Part shown: in pieces, positions 10,409 to 19,125 of the stretch | Layout of the letters: each line of letters starts with the position of its first letter | Position numbering within the stretch: position 1 is the first letter of the stretch | NCBI GenBank assembly: GCA_963765495.1 | Contig: CAVXWP010000001.1 | Coordinates: forward strand, 1,056,001-1,120,000 | DNA from: Blastocatellia bacterium | Lineage (GTDB): Bacteria; Acidobacteriota; Blastocatellia; UBA7656 | Reading direction: 5' to 3' | Length of the DNA stretch: 64,000 nt | Notes under the pieces: generated by a model | Database searches by the model: none | The model's input: only the letters and a program-made list of their open reading frames with translations | Told to the model about the DNA's origin: nothing | Made by a program: the position numbers and the translations under genes

Positions 10409-11218
10409 ATGTACGTCGAAAGATACGGAACGGGAACGAATGGCTATTTAGGGCTGCACGGATGGGGCGGCAGTCACCGGACGTTTGCGCCTCTGGTTCC
10501 TTATCTGCCCGAAGAGGCTGTTTTATATAGCGCGGACCTGCCCGGCTCGGGCAACTCGCCTGAGCCGCGCGAGTGGAGCTTGAAGGGAATCAGCGCGGAT
10601 ATTGCCGATACGATCCGAACAGTGGCCGACCGGAAAGTTACGATCATAGGCAATTGCAGCGGAGCTATACTCGGGCTTCTGGCCGCAAGACAGGCGAGTG
10701 ATTCGATAGAGCGGTTTGTCTTGATCGATCCGTTCGCCTACACGCCGTGGTACTTCAAAATTTTCGTGCAAACAAGCTGGGGCAAGTATGCCTATTATTC
10801 CACGTTTGCCAATCCTTTTGGCCGGTGGCTCACAAACCTTTCGCTCAAGCGCAAGCGAACAAAATCGTCAGACCTCACGCGGACTTTCAGCGCCGCAAAT
10901 CACGAGGCGACCTATCGCTATCTCAGGCTCTTATCGGAGATGAAAGAGGTTGGTCAGTTTGCTGATTTGCAGATGCCGATTGATATAGTTTACGGCGAAC
11001 GCACATTCGGCGCGGTCAGGCGCTCAATCGATTTATGGAGAGAGGTCTGGCCCGACCTCAGATGTTTTGAGCTTAAAGGAGCCGGGCACCTGCCTATCGA
11101 AGAGGCTCCAGAACAACTCAGCCGTATACTTTTTTCCCGCGCGGCGGATGAAATAAAAGTGGATGAAATAAAAGAGGACGCGGTTCCCCGGCTTGTGGCC
11201 GCCTCTGTCAAAGAGTGA
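10409..11218 (+). CDS. Alpha/beta hydrolase, apparent Cys at nucleophile elbow
   Basis: LHGWGG, DLPGSG, IGNCSG and GAGHLPIEE motifs. Confidence 0.85.
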   Translation: MYVERYGTGTNGYLGLHGWGGSHRTFAPLVPYLPEEAVLYSADLPGSGNSPEPREWSLKGISADIADTIRTVADRKVTIIGNCSGAILGLLAARQASDSIERFVLIDPFAYTPWYFKIFVQTSWGKYAYYSTFANPFGRWLTNLSLKRKRTKSSDLTRTFSAANHEATYRYLRLLSEMKEVGQFADLQMPIDIVYGERTFGAVRRSIDLWREVWPDLRCFELKGAGHLPIEEAPEQLSRILFSRAADEIKVDEIKEDAVPRLVAASVKE

Positions 11219-12168
11219 ATAAAAATAGAGAGGGATTTGTGCCAGAGGAGATATTCGATTTCATAGCTCGCCACAGACAGGCGTTGGAAAACTCGCTTGC
11301 GGCTCATTTGCCGGTAAGCGCTAGCCCTGGGACCCGGCGACTAAACGAGGCGCTTGATTATTCGATATTTCCCGGAGGCAAGCGCATGCGCCCTGTGCTT
11401 ACATTGCTTGGCGCTGTGATCGTAGGCGGGACTACAGCGCAGGCGCTCCCCGCCGCATGCGCGATAGAGTTTCTTCACACAAGCTCGCTCATACTCGATG
11501 ACCTGCCCGCGATGGATGATGCCGACCTGCGGCGGGGCCGCGCCGCAACGCACCTGATCTTTGGCGAAGCCATTGCAATCCTTGCAGCCCTGGCCCTGCT
11601 CAACAAATCTTATGCGCTGCTTGTTCAGGCTGCCCGCCAGACGGGAGCGGACTCGATTGCCGGGGCTCTCGTTTCGGAAGCGACGCGCTTGATAGGAGCA
11701 GACGGAATGATAGGCGGGCAGGCAGCCGATCTGGAATTGCATGTGGTATCGGTCGGAGCCGATGCGCTTGCGAGCCGCAGCTTGAAGACCACAGCCCTTA
11801 TGCGGCTCACGATGAGCGCAGGCGCATTGGTATGCGGCGCAAGCGAATTGGATGCAAACGCGCTCGCACAATTTGGCGAGTCACTGGGCACAGCCTATCA
11901 GATCGGCGACGATCTGCTTGATGAACTGGATGACAGCCGACTGACGGGCAAGAACAGTCGGCAGGATCGTCGCCATTTGCGCCCAAGCTACGTTGCCGAA
12001 CTGGGCGTGGAAGGAGCGCAGCGCATGGCCTTGAGTCTCGTAGATCAAGGCAAATCGGCTATCAGAGAACAATTCGGAAATCGCCCGGAAGCGCGCCTGC
12101 TCATCGAAGCCGCCGACCTGATTATGGGAAGACTCGGCCGCATGGAAAACGTGGGACGCGGGGCGTGA
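11215..12168 (+). CDS. crtE: Polyprenyl (GGPP/FPP) synthase
   Basis: GGKRMRP, SLILDDLPAMDDADLRRG and YQIGDDLLD motifs. Confidence 0.88.
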   Translation: MNKNREGFVPEEIFDFIARHRQALENSLAAHLPVSASPGTRRLNEALDYSIFPGGKRMRPVLTLLGAVIVGGTTAQALPAACAIEFLHTSSLILDDLPAMDDADLRRGRAATHLIFGEAIAILAALALLNKSYALLVQAARQTGADSIAGALVSEATRLIGADGMIGGQAADLELHVVSVGADALASRSLKTTALMRLTMSAGALVCGASELDANALAQFGESLGTAYQIGDDLLDELDDSRLTGKNSRQDRRHLRPSYVAELGVEGAQRMALSLVDQGKSAIREQFGNRPEARLLIEAADLIMGRLGRMENVGRGA

Positions 12169-12171
12169 AAG

Positions 12172-12273
12172 GTGATTCGTGATCCGTAATGCGTGATCCG
12201 TGATTCGTGGGATTTGCAATTGCCCGTGAAAAGCCATTCGCCTGAAAATCACGCATCACCTTTCACGCATCAC
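12172..12273. repeat. Inverted heptamer-array element (GTGATNC / TCACGCA family)
   Basis: Five GTGATYC-like heptamers, a spacer, then TCACGCA-TCACCTT-TCACGCA-TCAC. Confidence 0.8.
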
Positions 12274-12281
12274 TATCAAAT

Positions 12282-13370
12282 ATGTCGCTAGTTCTGCTGA
12301 TCCTCGCCCTGACAATTCTTCTGGTGGTCGTGTGGAATGTTCTGGCCTGGCCCGGCTTCAAGGCCGCAGAGCCGGTTCACAATCGATTGGTTTCGGTGCT
12401 CATACCGGCCCGCAATGAAGAGGCTAACCTCGCGCGATGTATTGAGACCGTCCTTGAGCAGGGAGATATTGTTTTGGAGGTCCTGATCTATGACGACCAT
12501 TCGTCGGATGCGACCCCCGAAATAATACGCGAGTATGAAAGGCGTGACGGACGCGTTTGCCTCGTGGCAGCCGAAGAGCTTCCTGGCGGGTGGTGCGGAA
12601 AGAATTTTGCCTGCGCGCAACTGGCGCGGGCTGCCAAGGGCCAATGGCTGCTCTTTCTGGATGCCGATGCGCGGCTTGCAGACGGGGGCGTTCAAAAGAT
12701 GGTTGAGGAGGCCCGCCGCCGCCGGGTCACTTTGATTTCAGCCTGGCCCGCTTTGATTCTTGAAAGCTTCTGGGAAAAAGCGTTGATGCCTCTGCTCAAC
12801 TTTGTCGTCTTCACGATCTATCCCGCCCCGCTTTCGCTTGCGCGTACGGATGCGTCACTGGGAATAGCGCATGGGGCCTGCATAATGGTTGATCGCCTGG
12901 TGTACGGGCGGGTAGGCGGGCACAGCAGTGTGCGGGATCAGATTTTTGAGGATGTGAGGCTTGCGCAATTGTGGCGCGCGGAAGGCAATCGCGGGCTTTG
13001 CCTGGACGGGCAGCATATCGTGTGTGTTCGAATGTACACCTCGCTCAGAGAAATCTGGTTCGGATTTCAAAAGAATTTCTTTCCCGCCTTTCGCCAGGAA
13101 TTGAGCTTCTGGGCATTTCTCGCGCTTCACTTCGTCGTGTTCCTCTTGCCTTTTCTGCTGGCGGGCTGGACAGGCGGATGGTCAATGCGGCTCGCAGTCG
13201 CAAGCATTCTTGCAATGCGTTTGCTACTTGCGCTCCGCTTCCATCACCCGCTATGGTCCGCGCTGCTTCATCCCGTGGCCGAGATTATCCTGATTGCGCT
13301 CGGGCTCTCTTCGTGGTGGAGATCAAAGAGCGGCAAGGGCGTTGAGTGGAAAGGAAGACGGTATCAGTAA
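12282..13370 (+). CDS. GT2 glycosyltransferase, carotenoid-glycosylating type (CruC/CrtQ-like)
   Basis: IPARNEE, DDHSSD, GWCGKNFAC, FLDADA, FEDV and C-terminal WKGRRY. Confidence 0.85.
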   Translation: MSLVLLILALTILLVVVWNVLAWPGFKAAEPVHNRLVSVLIPARNEEANLARCIETVLEQGDIVLEVLIYDDHSSDATPEIIREYERRDGRVCLVAAEELPGGWCGKNFACAQLARAAKGQWLLFLDADARLADGGVQKMVEEARRRRVTLISAWPALILESFWEKALMPLLNFVVFTIYPAPLSLARTDASLGIAHGACIMVDRLVYGRVGGHSSVRDQIFEDVRLAQLWRAEGNRGLCLDGQHIVCVRMYTSLREIWFGFQKNFFPAFRQELSFWAFLALHFVVFLLPFLLAGWTGGWSMRLAVASILAMRLLLALRFHHPLWSALLHPVAEIILIALGLSSWWRSKSGKGVEWKGRRYQ

Positions 13371-13445
13371 TCAGGGGCCGGTGGCCGGTGACACTTGGAG
13401 GGTATAAGTCTGATCCGTGAAATTCCGTTCAGATTTGTTTGAATT

Positions 13446-14912
13446 ATGCGAGAGAGAAGGGCGGTAATAATCGGGGGTGGGCTGGGCGGGCTTGCCGCCG
13501 GATTGCGGCTGGCGGTTCGCGGCTGGAAGGTGACTATCTGCGAGCAATCGAGCAGACCTGGTGGGAAGATGAACACGTGGGGCGAGCGCGGGTTTCGCTT
13601 CGATACCGGGCCGTCGTTGATCACAATGCCATGGGTCTTTGAAGAACTGTTTGAAGTTGCGGGCGTACGCCTGCGAGATCACATAGAGCTTTGTCAGGTG
13701 CACCCGCTTGCGGATTACATCTACGAGGATGGGACGCGATTCACTTATACGACATCATTGCCTGACTGGCTCGACACGGTGCGCGGGCTTGAGGCGCGTG
13801 ACGTAAATGGATTTCTGAAATTCATGGAGCTGGGCGCAAAGCTCTACGAAGTGTCCAAAGAGACTTTCCTGCGCCGCCGCCCTTTAGACCCGCCTGATGC
13901 GCGCTCGATGTCGGCGCTCAGACACATGCCTTTGCGTTACGGCTGGGGCAATTATCATCGCACGGTCGCGGCGCATTTCAAGAGCCCGCACCTCAGACAG
14001 CTTTATGATCGCTATCCGACATATGTCGGCTCGTCGCCTTATCAGTCGCCTGCGACATTGATAGTGATTCCCTATATCGAATATGCGTTTGGCGGCTGGT
14101 ATGTGAAAGGGGGGCTTTATCGGATTATCGAGAGCCTTATTGAATTGATCGGGCAGGCGGGCGCGGAATTGCTCACAGACGCGCGTGTTGAGCGCATTGA
14201 ACACGAAGGGAAAAAGGTGCGAGGCGTGAAGTTGAGCGACGGCACACGGCTGCCTGCCGATGTGGTCGTGATGAACGGAGACGCCTCGTTTGCGCCCCGG
14301 TTGTTAGGCGAAGACCCGGCGGCAGAATTGCCGCTATGTGAGCGGTCGCTTTCGGGGCTGGTATTTCTATTTGGCATCAAGCGCACTCTGCCGGATCAGC
14401 CGCATCACTCTATCTATTTTTCTTCCGATTATGAAAGCGAGTTTTCTCAACTTTTCGATCAGCGCCGCTTCCCCGACGATCCTACGATCTATGTCAACAT
14501 TCCGAGCCGAAGCGACCGGAGCGTGGTGCCCGGCGAGGGCGAAACGTTGTTTGTGATGGCCAACGCTGCTGCGGGCGGCGAAGACTGGACAGATGAAAAG
14601 ATATTTGAAGCGCGCAAGCTGATTTTTGAGCGGCTGAGTCGAGGCGGATTTCCCGACATCGAACCCTTCGTAGTCGTCTCTGATGTCTGGACACCGCAGC
14701 GAATTGCCCAAAGCTATTTAATGCCGGGCGGAGCCATTTACGGCACGCACTCGCACGGCTGGAGACGAGCCTTCCTGCGCCCGCCGAACAAAGATAAACG
14801 CCACGAAGGGCTCTATTACGTAGGCGGCAGCACTCATCCCGGCGGCGGAACACCTACTGTTTTGATGTCGGCCCGCATCACTACGGATTTAATTTTGAGT
14901 TTTGAGTTTTGA
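13446..14912 (+). CDS. Second CrtI-family carotenoid desaturase/oxidase (CrtD/CrtP-like)
   Basis: IIGGGLGGL, FRFDTGPSLITMP and GGSTHPGGGTPTV motifs. Confidence 0.85.
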   Translation: MRERRAVIIGGGLGGLAAGLRLAVRGWKVTICEQSSRPGGKMNTWGERGFRFDTGPSLITMPWVFEELFEVAGVRLRDHIELCQVHPLADYIYEDGTRFTYTTSLPDWLDTVRGLEARDVNGFLKFMELGAKLYEVSKETFLRRRPLDPPDARSMSALRHMPLRYGWGNYHRTVAAHFKSPHLRQLYDRYPTYVGSSPYQSPATLIVIPYIEYAFGGWYVKGGLYRIIESLIELIGQAGAELLTDARVERIEHEGKKVRGVKLSDGTRLPADVVVMNGDASFAPRLLGEDPAAELPLCERSLSGLVFLFGIKRTLPDQPHHSIYFSSDYESEFSQLFDQRRFPDDPTIYVNIPSRSDRSVVPGEGETLFVMANAAAGGEDWTDEKIFEARKLIFERLSRGGFPDIEPFVVVSDVWTPQRIAQSYLMPGGAIYGTHSHGWRRAFLRPPNKDKRHEGLYYVGGSTHPGGGTPTVLMSARITTDLILSFEF

Positions 14913-14920
14913 GTTTTGAA
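14893..14920 (+). repeat. Left heptamer arm (TTTTGAG)n
   Basis: Four tandem TTTTGAG/A units; reverse complement of 15297-15324. Confidence 0.9.
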
Positions 14921-14944
14921 TTATGACTGATTCAGGAGGCAAAA

Positions 14945-15292
14945 ATGCCGGAAAGCGTTATTCAGAAAAAGAGTTTTGAATTTGCTCTCCAGATTATACG
15001 ATTATACCGAGAACTTCAGGTAGAGCATGAGTATGTGCTATCCAGGCAGTTACTGCGAAGCGGAACCAGTATAGGAGCCAATGTTGAAGAAGCCAGTGCC
15101 GGTCAAAGTCGTAAAGATTTTCTCTCCAAGATGGCTATTGCTTCAAAAGAAGCCAGGGAGACGAGATACTGGTTACGGCTATTGCAAGCATCCAGACTTG
15201 TGAAAATTGATGTGAAAAATGAGATTACTTTGGTTGATGAAATAATCCGAATTCTAACTTCTATAGTGAAAACAACCGGCGAAAGACCTTGA
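14945..15292 (+). CDS. Four-helix-bundle protein (23S rRNA IVP / TIGR02436-like)
   Basis: KSFEFA, QLLRSGTSIGANVEEA and KEARETRYWLRLL motifs; AGGAGG RBS. Confidence 0.92.
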   Translation: MPESVIQKKSFEFALQIIRLYRELQVEHEYVLSRQLLRSGTSIGANVEEASAGQSRKDFLSKMAIASKEARETRYWLRLLQASRLVKIDVKNEITLVDEIIRILTSIVKTTGERP

Positions 15293-16029
15293 TCAACTCA
15301 AAACTCAAAACTCAAAACTCAAAACTATTTATACTCCTCCTTTTATCAGTAGCATATGTCGTGATGTGGATTGGCGGCGTGGGCGTTCATGTCTTTGGCA
15401 ACGGATTGGTTGATGATACGCCGTGGGCGGCTCCGGTCTTTCTGCTGCTTGCCGGGCTCATAGTTGTTGTAACAACGAGCCGGTATGATCTGCCGGGTCT
15501 TCTTGCGGTGACGTTGTTGGGTTTTGCTGCGGAGGTTGTCGGGGTGCGCTATGGGTTTTTATTCGGAGCCTATGATTATACGCCCACACTTAACCCTCAA
15601 CTTTTCGGCGTGCCACTTGTGATGGCGAGCGCATGGCTTGTGCTTGTGGCCTATATCAAACAGGCGCTGGTGGGGTTTGATTTGCCCGCGTGGCTTGAGG
15701 TGTTGCTGTCGAGTCTCTGGATAACAGCTATAGATTTGATTATCGACCCGCTCGCCTCGGGCAAACTAGGGTACTGGCGCTGGGTGGAAGAGGGAAGTTA
15801 TTACGGCGTCCCGGCGCATAATTTTATCGGATGGTTCGCGGTGAGCCTGTTGATATTCGGCTTGATAAGGTTATGGAGCGGGCACAATTGGAAGAAAAAC
15901 ATCTGGGCCGGTTATGTCGGATTGAGCATAATTCTTTTCTTCACCCTGATAGCCCTCTCCCACGGGCTGCTTCTTGCCGGTGGAATCGGCATATTACTTT
16001 GCGCCGTTCAATTAATCAGTAGGCGGTAG
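15289..16029 (+). CDS. Carotenoid biosynthesis protein, CruF-like hydratase (DUF422)
   Basis: EVVGV..G..FGAYDY, GVPLV, DLIIDP and YYGVPAHNFIGW motifs; start uncertain because the N-terminus is repeat-encoded. Confidence 0.85.
   Translation: MINSKLKTQNSKLFILLLLSVAYVVMWIGGVGVHVFGNGLVDDTPWAAPVFLLLAGLIVVVTTSRYDLPGLLAVTLLGFAAEVVGVRYGFLFGAYDYTPTLNPQLFGVPLVMASAWLVLVAYIKQALVGFDLPAWLEVLLSSLWITAIDLIIDPLASGKLGYWRWVEEGSYYGVPAHNFIGWFAVSLLIFGLIRLWSGHNWKKNIWAGYVGLSIILFFTLIALSHGLLLAGGIGILLCAVQLISRR
15297..15324 (+). repeat. Right heptamer arm (CTCAAAA)4
   Basis: Four tandem CTCAAAA units. Confidence 0.9.
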
Positions 16030-16140
16030 GCAAGTAGGCAGTTCTCGGAGTCGGGAACCACCTTTCCTTATGCATACGCCATGCTCTTTTTAGGAAGCCG
16101 TCAGTTCATTATCAATTGCCTACTGCCTACTGCCTACTGC
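16019..16140. repeat. Inverted heptamer arrays (GTAGGCR / TGCCTAC) between convergent genes
   Basis: GTAGGCG-GTAGGCA-A-GTAGGCA ... (TGCCTAC)3. Confidence 0.75.
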
Positions 16141-16862
16141 GAAAGGCGGAAGTCGGCATAAAGCGGCAGATGATCGGAGGCGATCATCGCCGTGCGGCTC
16201 TTGTGCAGTTTCAGCCCTTCCAGTTTCAGCCCTTCATCAAAGTAGATATGGTCCAGGTGCAGGAAGGGAAGCACGCCGGGATAGGTCTTTGAGCGTTCCA
16301 GATGCTCGCGCACATCGGCGCTCTTGAGGTGCGCGCCAAGCAGTTGCGTAGTCAATCCGCGAGTCCACTCGTTGAAGTCTCCAAGCATTATCCGCTCGCC
16401 CTTTAACTCTTCATTCTTAAGTATGGCGGAATCTATGAGTTTGCGGGCCTGATGGCGGCGTTCCAAATAAGCCGTGCCTAGATGCACGTTGAAGACGTGG
16501 AGCAGCCGCTTTTCGCCTATCTCCAGGTCTGTGCGTAGGCAGCCGCGCTGCTCACGCCCGCGCACGCTTATGTCGTAATTGCGCGTCTCGCGTACGGGGA
16601 AACGGCTCAACACCACGTTGCCGTATGCTCCGCCTCTGTAACGGCGATTCTCTCCGAGCGCATAATCGAATCCCAGTTCTTTGGCCATAAACTGCGCCTG
16701 ATTCTGTTCGGGAGAAGTGTCTTCGATGCTCACGACTTCCTGAAGCGCGATTATATCCGCGTCTATTTCGCGCAGCACTTCCAGGATGCGAGTGGGACGG
16801 ACCCTGCGGTCCAATCCCCGACAACGATGGACGTTGTAAGTGACTATGCGTAACCTGTCCAT
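16134..16862 (-). CDS. Endonuclease/exonuclease/phosphatase family (YbhP-like)
   Basis: TYNVH, ALQEV, GDFNEW, LDHIY and ASDHLP motifs; adjacent to cls. Confidence 0.9.
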   Translation of the reverse strand: MDRLRIVTYNVHRCRGLDRRVRPTRILEVLREIDADIIALQEVVSIEDTSPEQNQAQFMAKELGFDYALGENRRYRGGAYGNVVLSRFPVRETRNYDISVRGREQRGCLRTDLEIGEKRLLHVFNVHLGTAYLERRHQARKLIDSAILKNEELKGERIMLGDFNEWTRGLTTQLLGAHLKSADVREHLERSKTYPGVLPFLHLDHIYFDEGLKLEGLKLHKSRTAMIASDHLPLYADFRLSQ

Positions 16863-16870
16863 CTGTTCTT

Positions 16871-18151
16871 TTATTGCTGACGTTCCAGTAACCATCCTAT
16901 TATTTCCTGAGCCTTCTCAAATATCGAGCGACCCTGCCATTCATGATAAGAGATAGCGCGGCTGTTGGCCAGATCGCTTGCGAAGTCTTTTTGTAAGCGG
17001 GAGGCGAAGGCCGAATCATAGGCGGCGAGATTGACCTCATCATTCAAGCCGAATGAGCGGGTGTCGAAATTGGTCGTGCCCACGACGCTCCACCTCGAAT
17101 CAACGATCATGATCTTGGCGTGTATCATCGAAGGCTCGTACTCGTAAATTTTCGCGCCCGCCCTGAGCAGATCGCCGTAGAGGCGGCGGCTCGATCTTCT
17201 GGTCAGTATATGATCGCTGTGGCGACCGGGAGTAATGATCTTGATTTCTACGCCGCGCTCTTTGATGGCGCGGACCATCTCATCACGGGCGCTTTTGTCG
17301 GGCAGGAAATAAGGCGTTGTGATCTGGATGCTCTGGCGCGCGGAAGCCAGCAGCGTTTGAAAGAGAATCCTGGCGCGAGTCGATGCGCCCGTCGTGGGCG
17401 AGCTGTCAATGACAAGCGCCCGGGTCGGTCCTTCGACTTCGCAAAGTGGAAAATATTCCGCCCCGGCAAGTATCTCGCCCGATGATTCGAGCCAGTTTTC
17501 CACAAAGGTGGACTGCAATCCGGTCACAGCCGTGCCCTCTAGGCGAAACATAGTATCGCGCCACCGCCGCTTTCCGCTCCTGCCCTTCAGCCAGTGATCG
17601 GCTATGCCTGCGCCGCCGATGAACCCGATTTCACCGTCAATGATTATAATCTCGCGGTGCGTGCGGTTATTGATGCGGGGGAGCGTGTACCATCGGATGG
17701 GGTGATACCAGCTGACGCGCCCGCCCGCATCCGTAAGCTCTTTGAAGTAGCTGTTCCAGGTAGCAAAGCTCCCGACCGCATCGAGCACGATATTGATTTT
17801 GACGCCCGCGCGCGCGCGTTCCGTGAGCGCCCGGACGAAGCGGTCCGCGACCTCGCCTTTTTGAAATATGTAGGCTTCGATATTGATGTTGCGACGCGCC
17901 TTGCTTATCGCCTCAAGCTCGGCTTCGTAAAACACCTCGCCGTTTGAGAGCACTTCGACGCGTCCCCGGCCCCGAACCTGGGAATCGGTTATGGCTTCGA
18001 GGATGCGCAGAAAATCCTCGGAGTCGAGCGAATCGGCGGGCGGTCCGGCTATTTTGTAAGGCAGCCCCGGCTCAAACAGCGCCAGAAAGAGCATCAGCGC
18101 AAGGAAGGCAATCGAGATGATTGCGATGACATTGAAGGCCGAGATGTCCAT
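16871..18151 (-). CDS. cls: Cardiolipin synthase (PLD family)
   Basis: Two HKD-type motifs (THREIIIID variant and HAKIMIVD), WRDT and TPYFLP. Confidence 0.85.
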   Translation of the reverse strand: MDISAFNVIAIISIAFLALMLFLALFEPGLPYKIAGPPADSLDSEDFLRILEAITDSQVRGRGRVEVLSNGEVFYEAELEAISKARRNINIEAYIFQKGEVADRFVRALTERARAGVKINIVLDAVGSFATWNSYFKELTDAGGRVSWYHPIRWYTLPRINNRTHREIIIIDGEIGFIGGAGIADHWLKGRSGKRRWRDTMFRLEGTAVTGLQSTFVENWLESSGEILAGAEYFPLCEVEGPTRALVIDSSPTTGASTRARILFQTLLASARQSIQITTPYFLPDKSARDEMVRAIKERGVEIKIITPGRHSDHILTRRSSRRLYGDLLRAGAKIYEYEPSMIHAKIMIVDSRWSVVGTTNFDTRSFGLNDEVNLAAYDSAFASRLQKDFASDLANSRAISYHEWQGRSIFEKAQEIIGWLLERQQ

Positions 18152-18234
18152 TGAATAAGAGAGAAGTTGGAACGGTTAAGACGCGAGTAATGTAATACGC
18201 CCGGCAGGACTCGAACCTGCGACCTACGGATTAG

Positions 18235-18831
18235 CTTCCAGCATCACGTTTCCGTGACCTCCCTCATCGGGGTTGCTGGCTGGACCATTTCTTCGCCATT
18301 TCAGGCGGCGGGCGTATGGCCTCTACGCATCCCTTCATCCAAGGTTTGCTCGGAGTTGTCGTAGGAGGTGTACTCCCTTACGAGATTCTCCGAAATAGCC
18401 CGCTCCAGTTCTGCGGTTTTACCGAGGATTTGCAGTCTTTGAGAGAATTTGCCTCTGCACCGGGCAGAACAACAGGTAAAGGCAGTGCCTTTTTGCAAAA
18501 AGGTTTGACCTTTTCTTCTCTCGAAGATCAGACCACATTCCGGGCATTTCAAAACAACCATTTTTCGTCCGTGTTCGAAGTGATGTTTGCGAACGTGTTC
18601 GCCGTTGTTCATCACCTCAAGGTTTTCAATCCGGTTGTCTTTCTTATCCCGGTTTTTATGGTGCACAACTTCATCGGGATTGAGAAGCCTGCCAAGGTGA
18701 TTCTCGACTACGACTCTATGTTCCAGCACATAGCCATTAGCAGAAGCCTGCGGATGTCCAGAAACAAGAGCGTAGTTGTAATCTCCCTTGTGGATGATCT
18801 TCTCAATCTTCCACACAGAACGCTCCTATTG
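18235..18831 (-). ncRNA. Group I self-splicing intron (597 nt) in the tRNA-Arg anticodon
   Basis: 5' exon ends in U and the intron ends in G. P1 U.G pair, P3 GCGGGC/GCCCGC, P4 UCGGAG/CUCCGA, P7 GGCCAU/AUGGUC, P8 CGCC/GGCG, P9 CCAGCA/UGCUGG with UCACG-GAAA-CGUGA. Confidence 0.88.
18301..18816 (-). CDS. Intron-encoded HNH homing endonuclease with C-terminal Zn-finger
   Basis: [13 protein letters not shown]...[18 protein letters not shown]; CPEC and CCSARC; AGGAG 6 nt before GTG. Confidence 0.88.
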   Translation of the reverse strand: MWKIEKIIHKGDYNYALVSGHPQASANGYVLEHRVVVENHLGRLLNPDEVVHHKNRDKKDNRIENLEVMNNGEHVRKHHFEHGRKMVVLKCPECGLIFERRKGQTFLQKGTAFTCCSARCRGKFSQRLQILGKTAELERAISENLVREYTSYDNSEQTLDEGMRRGHTPAA

Positions 18832-18875
18832 AAGTCCGTTGCTCTATCCATCTGAGCTACGGGCGCAAAATAAAA

Positions 18876-18965
<90 letters not shown>

Positions 18966-18978
<13 letters not shown>

Positions 18979-18994
18979 TACGGGTGTGGGTCAA
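18966..18994 (-). promoter_or_regulatory. Sigma70-type promoter of the tRNA-Pro/tRNA-Arg operon; -35 supplied by the island
   Basis: TTGACC (18994-18989) - 17 nt - TAGAAT (18971-18966). Confidence 0.75.
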
Positions 18995-19032
18995 AGCCAA
19001 TTTGATGCAAGATGCCTGGTTGTGCGGATCGA

Positions 19033-19064
19033 AACGGGAAAATAACGGGAAAATAACGGGAAGT
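19033..19064 (+). repeat. Putative integrase arm-type sites (AACGGGAA x3)
   Basis: AACGGGAAAAT-AACGGGAAAAT-AACGGGAAGT; two more copies at 32451-32472. Confidence 0.75.
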
Positions 19065-19125
19065 GGTTTTCTTGAATTCATTCCTTCTCGCAGTGACCTA
19101 ATCCAACATTGAAAGGTCACTAATT

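Larger units (their letters stand above)
18196..18866 (-). tRNA. tRNA-Arg(UCU), intron-containing; exons 18866-18832 and 18234-18196
   Basis: Joined exons give GCGCCCGTAGCTCAGATGGATAGAGCAACGGA-CTT|CTAA-TCCGTAGGTCGCAGGTTCGAGTCCTGCCGGGCGTA, a complete cloverleaf with anticodon TCT. Confidence 0.93.

Noticed and set aside
14945-15292. Diversity-generating retroelement (Avd-like gene)
   Set aside because: No reverse transcriptase and no TR/VR pair with A-specific mismatches seen in the window.
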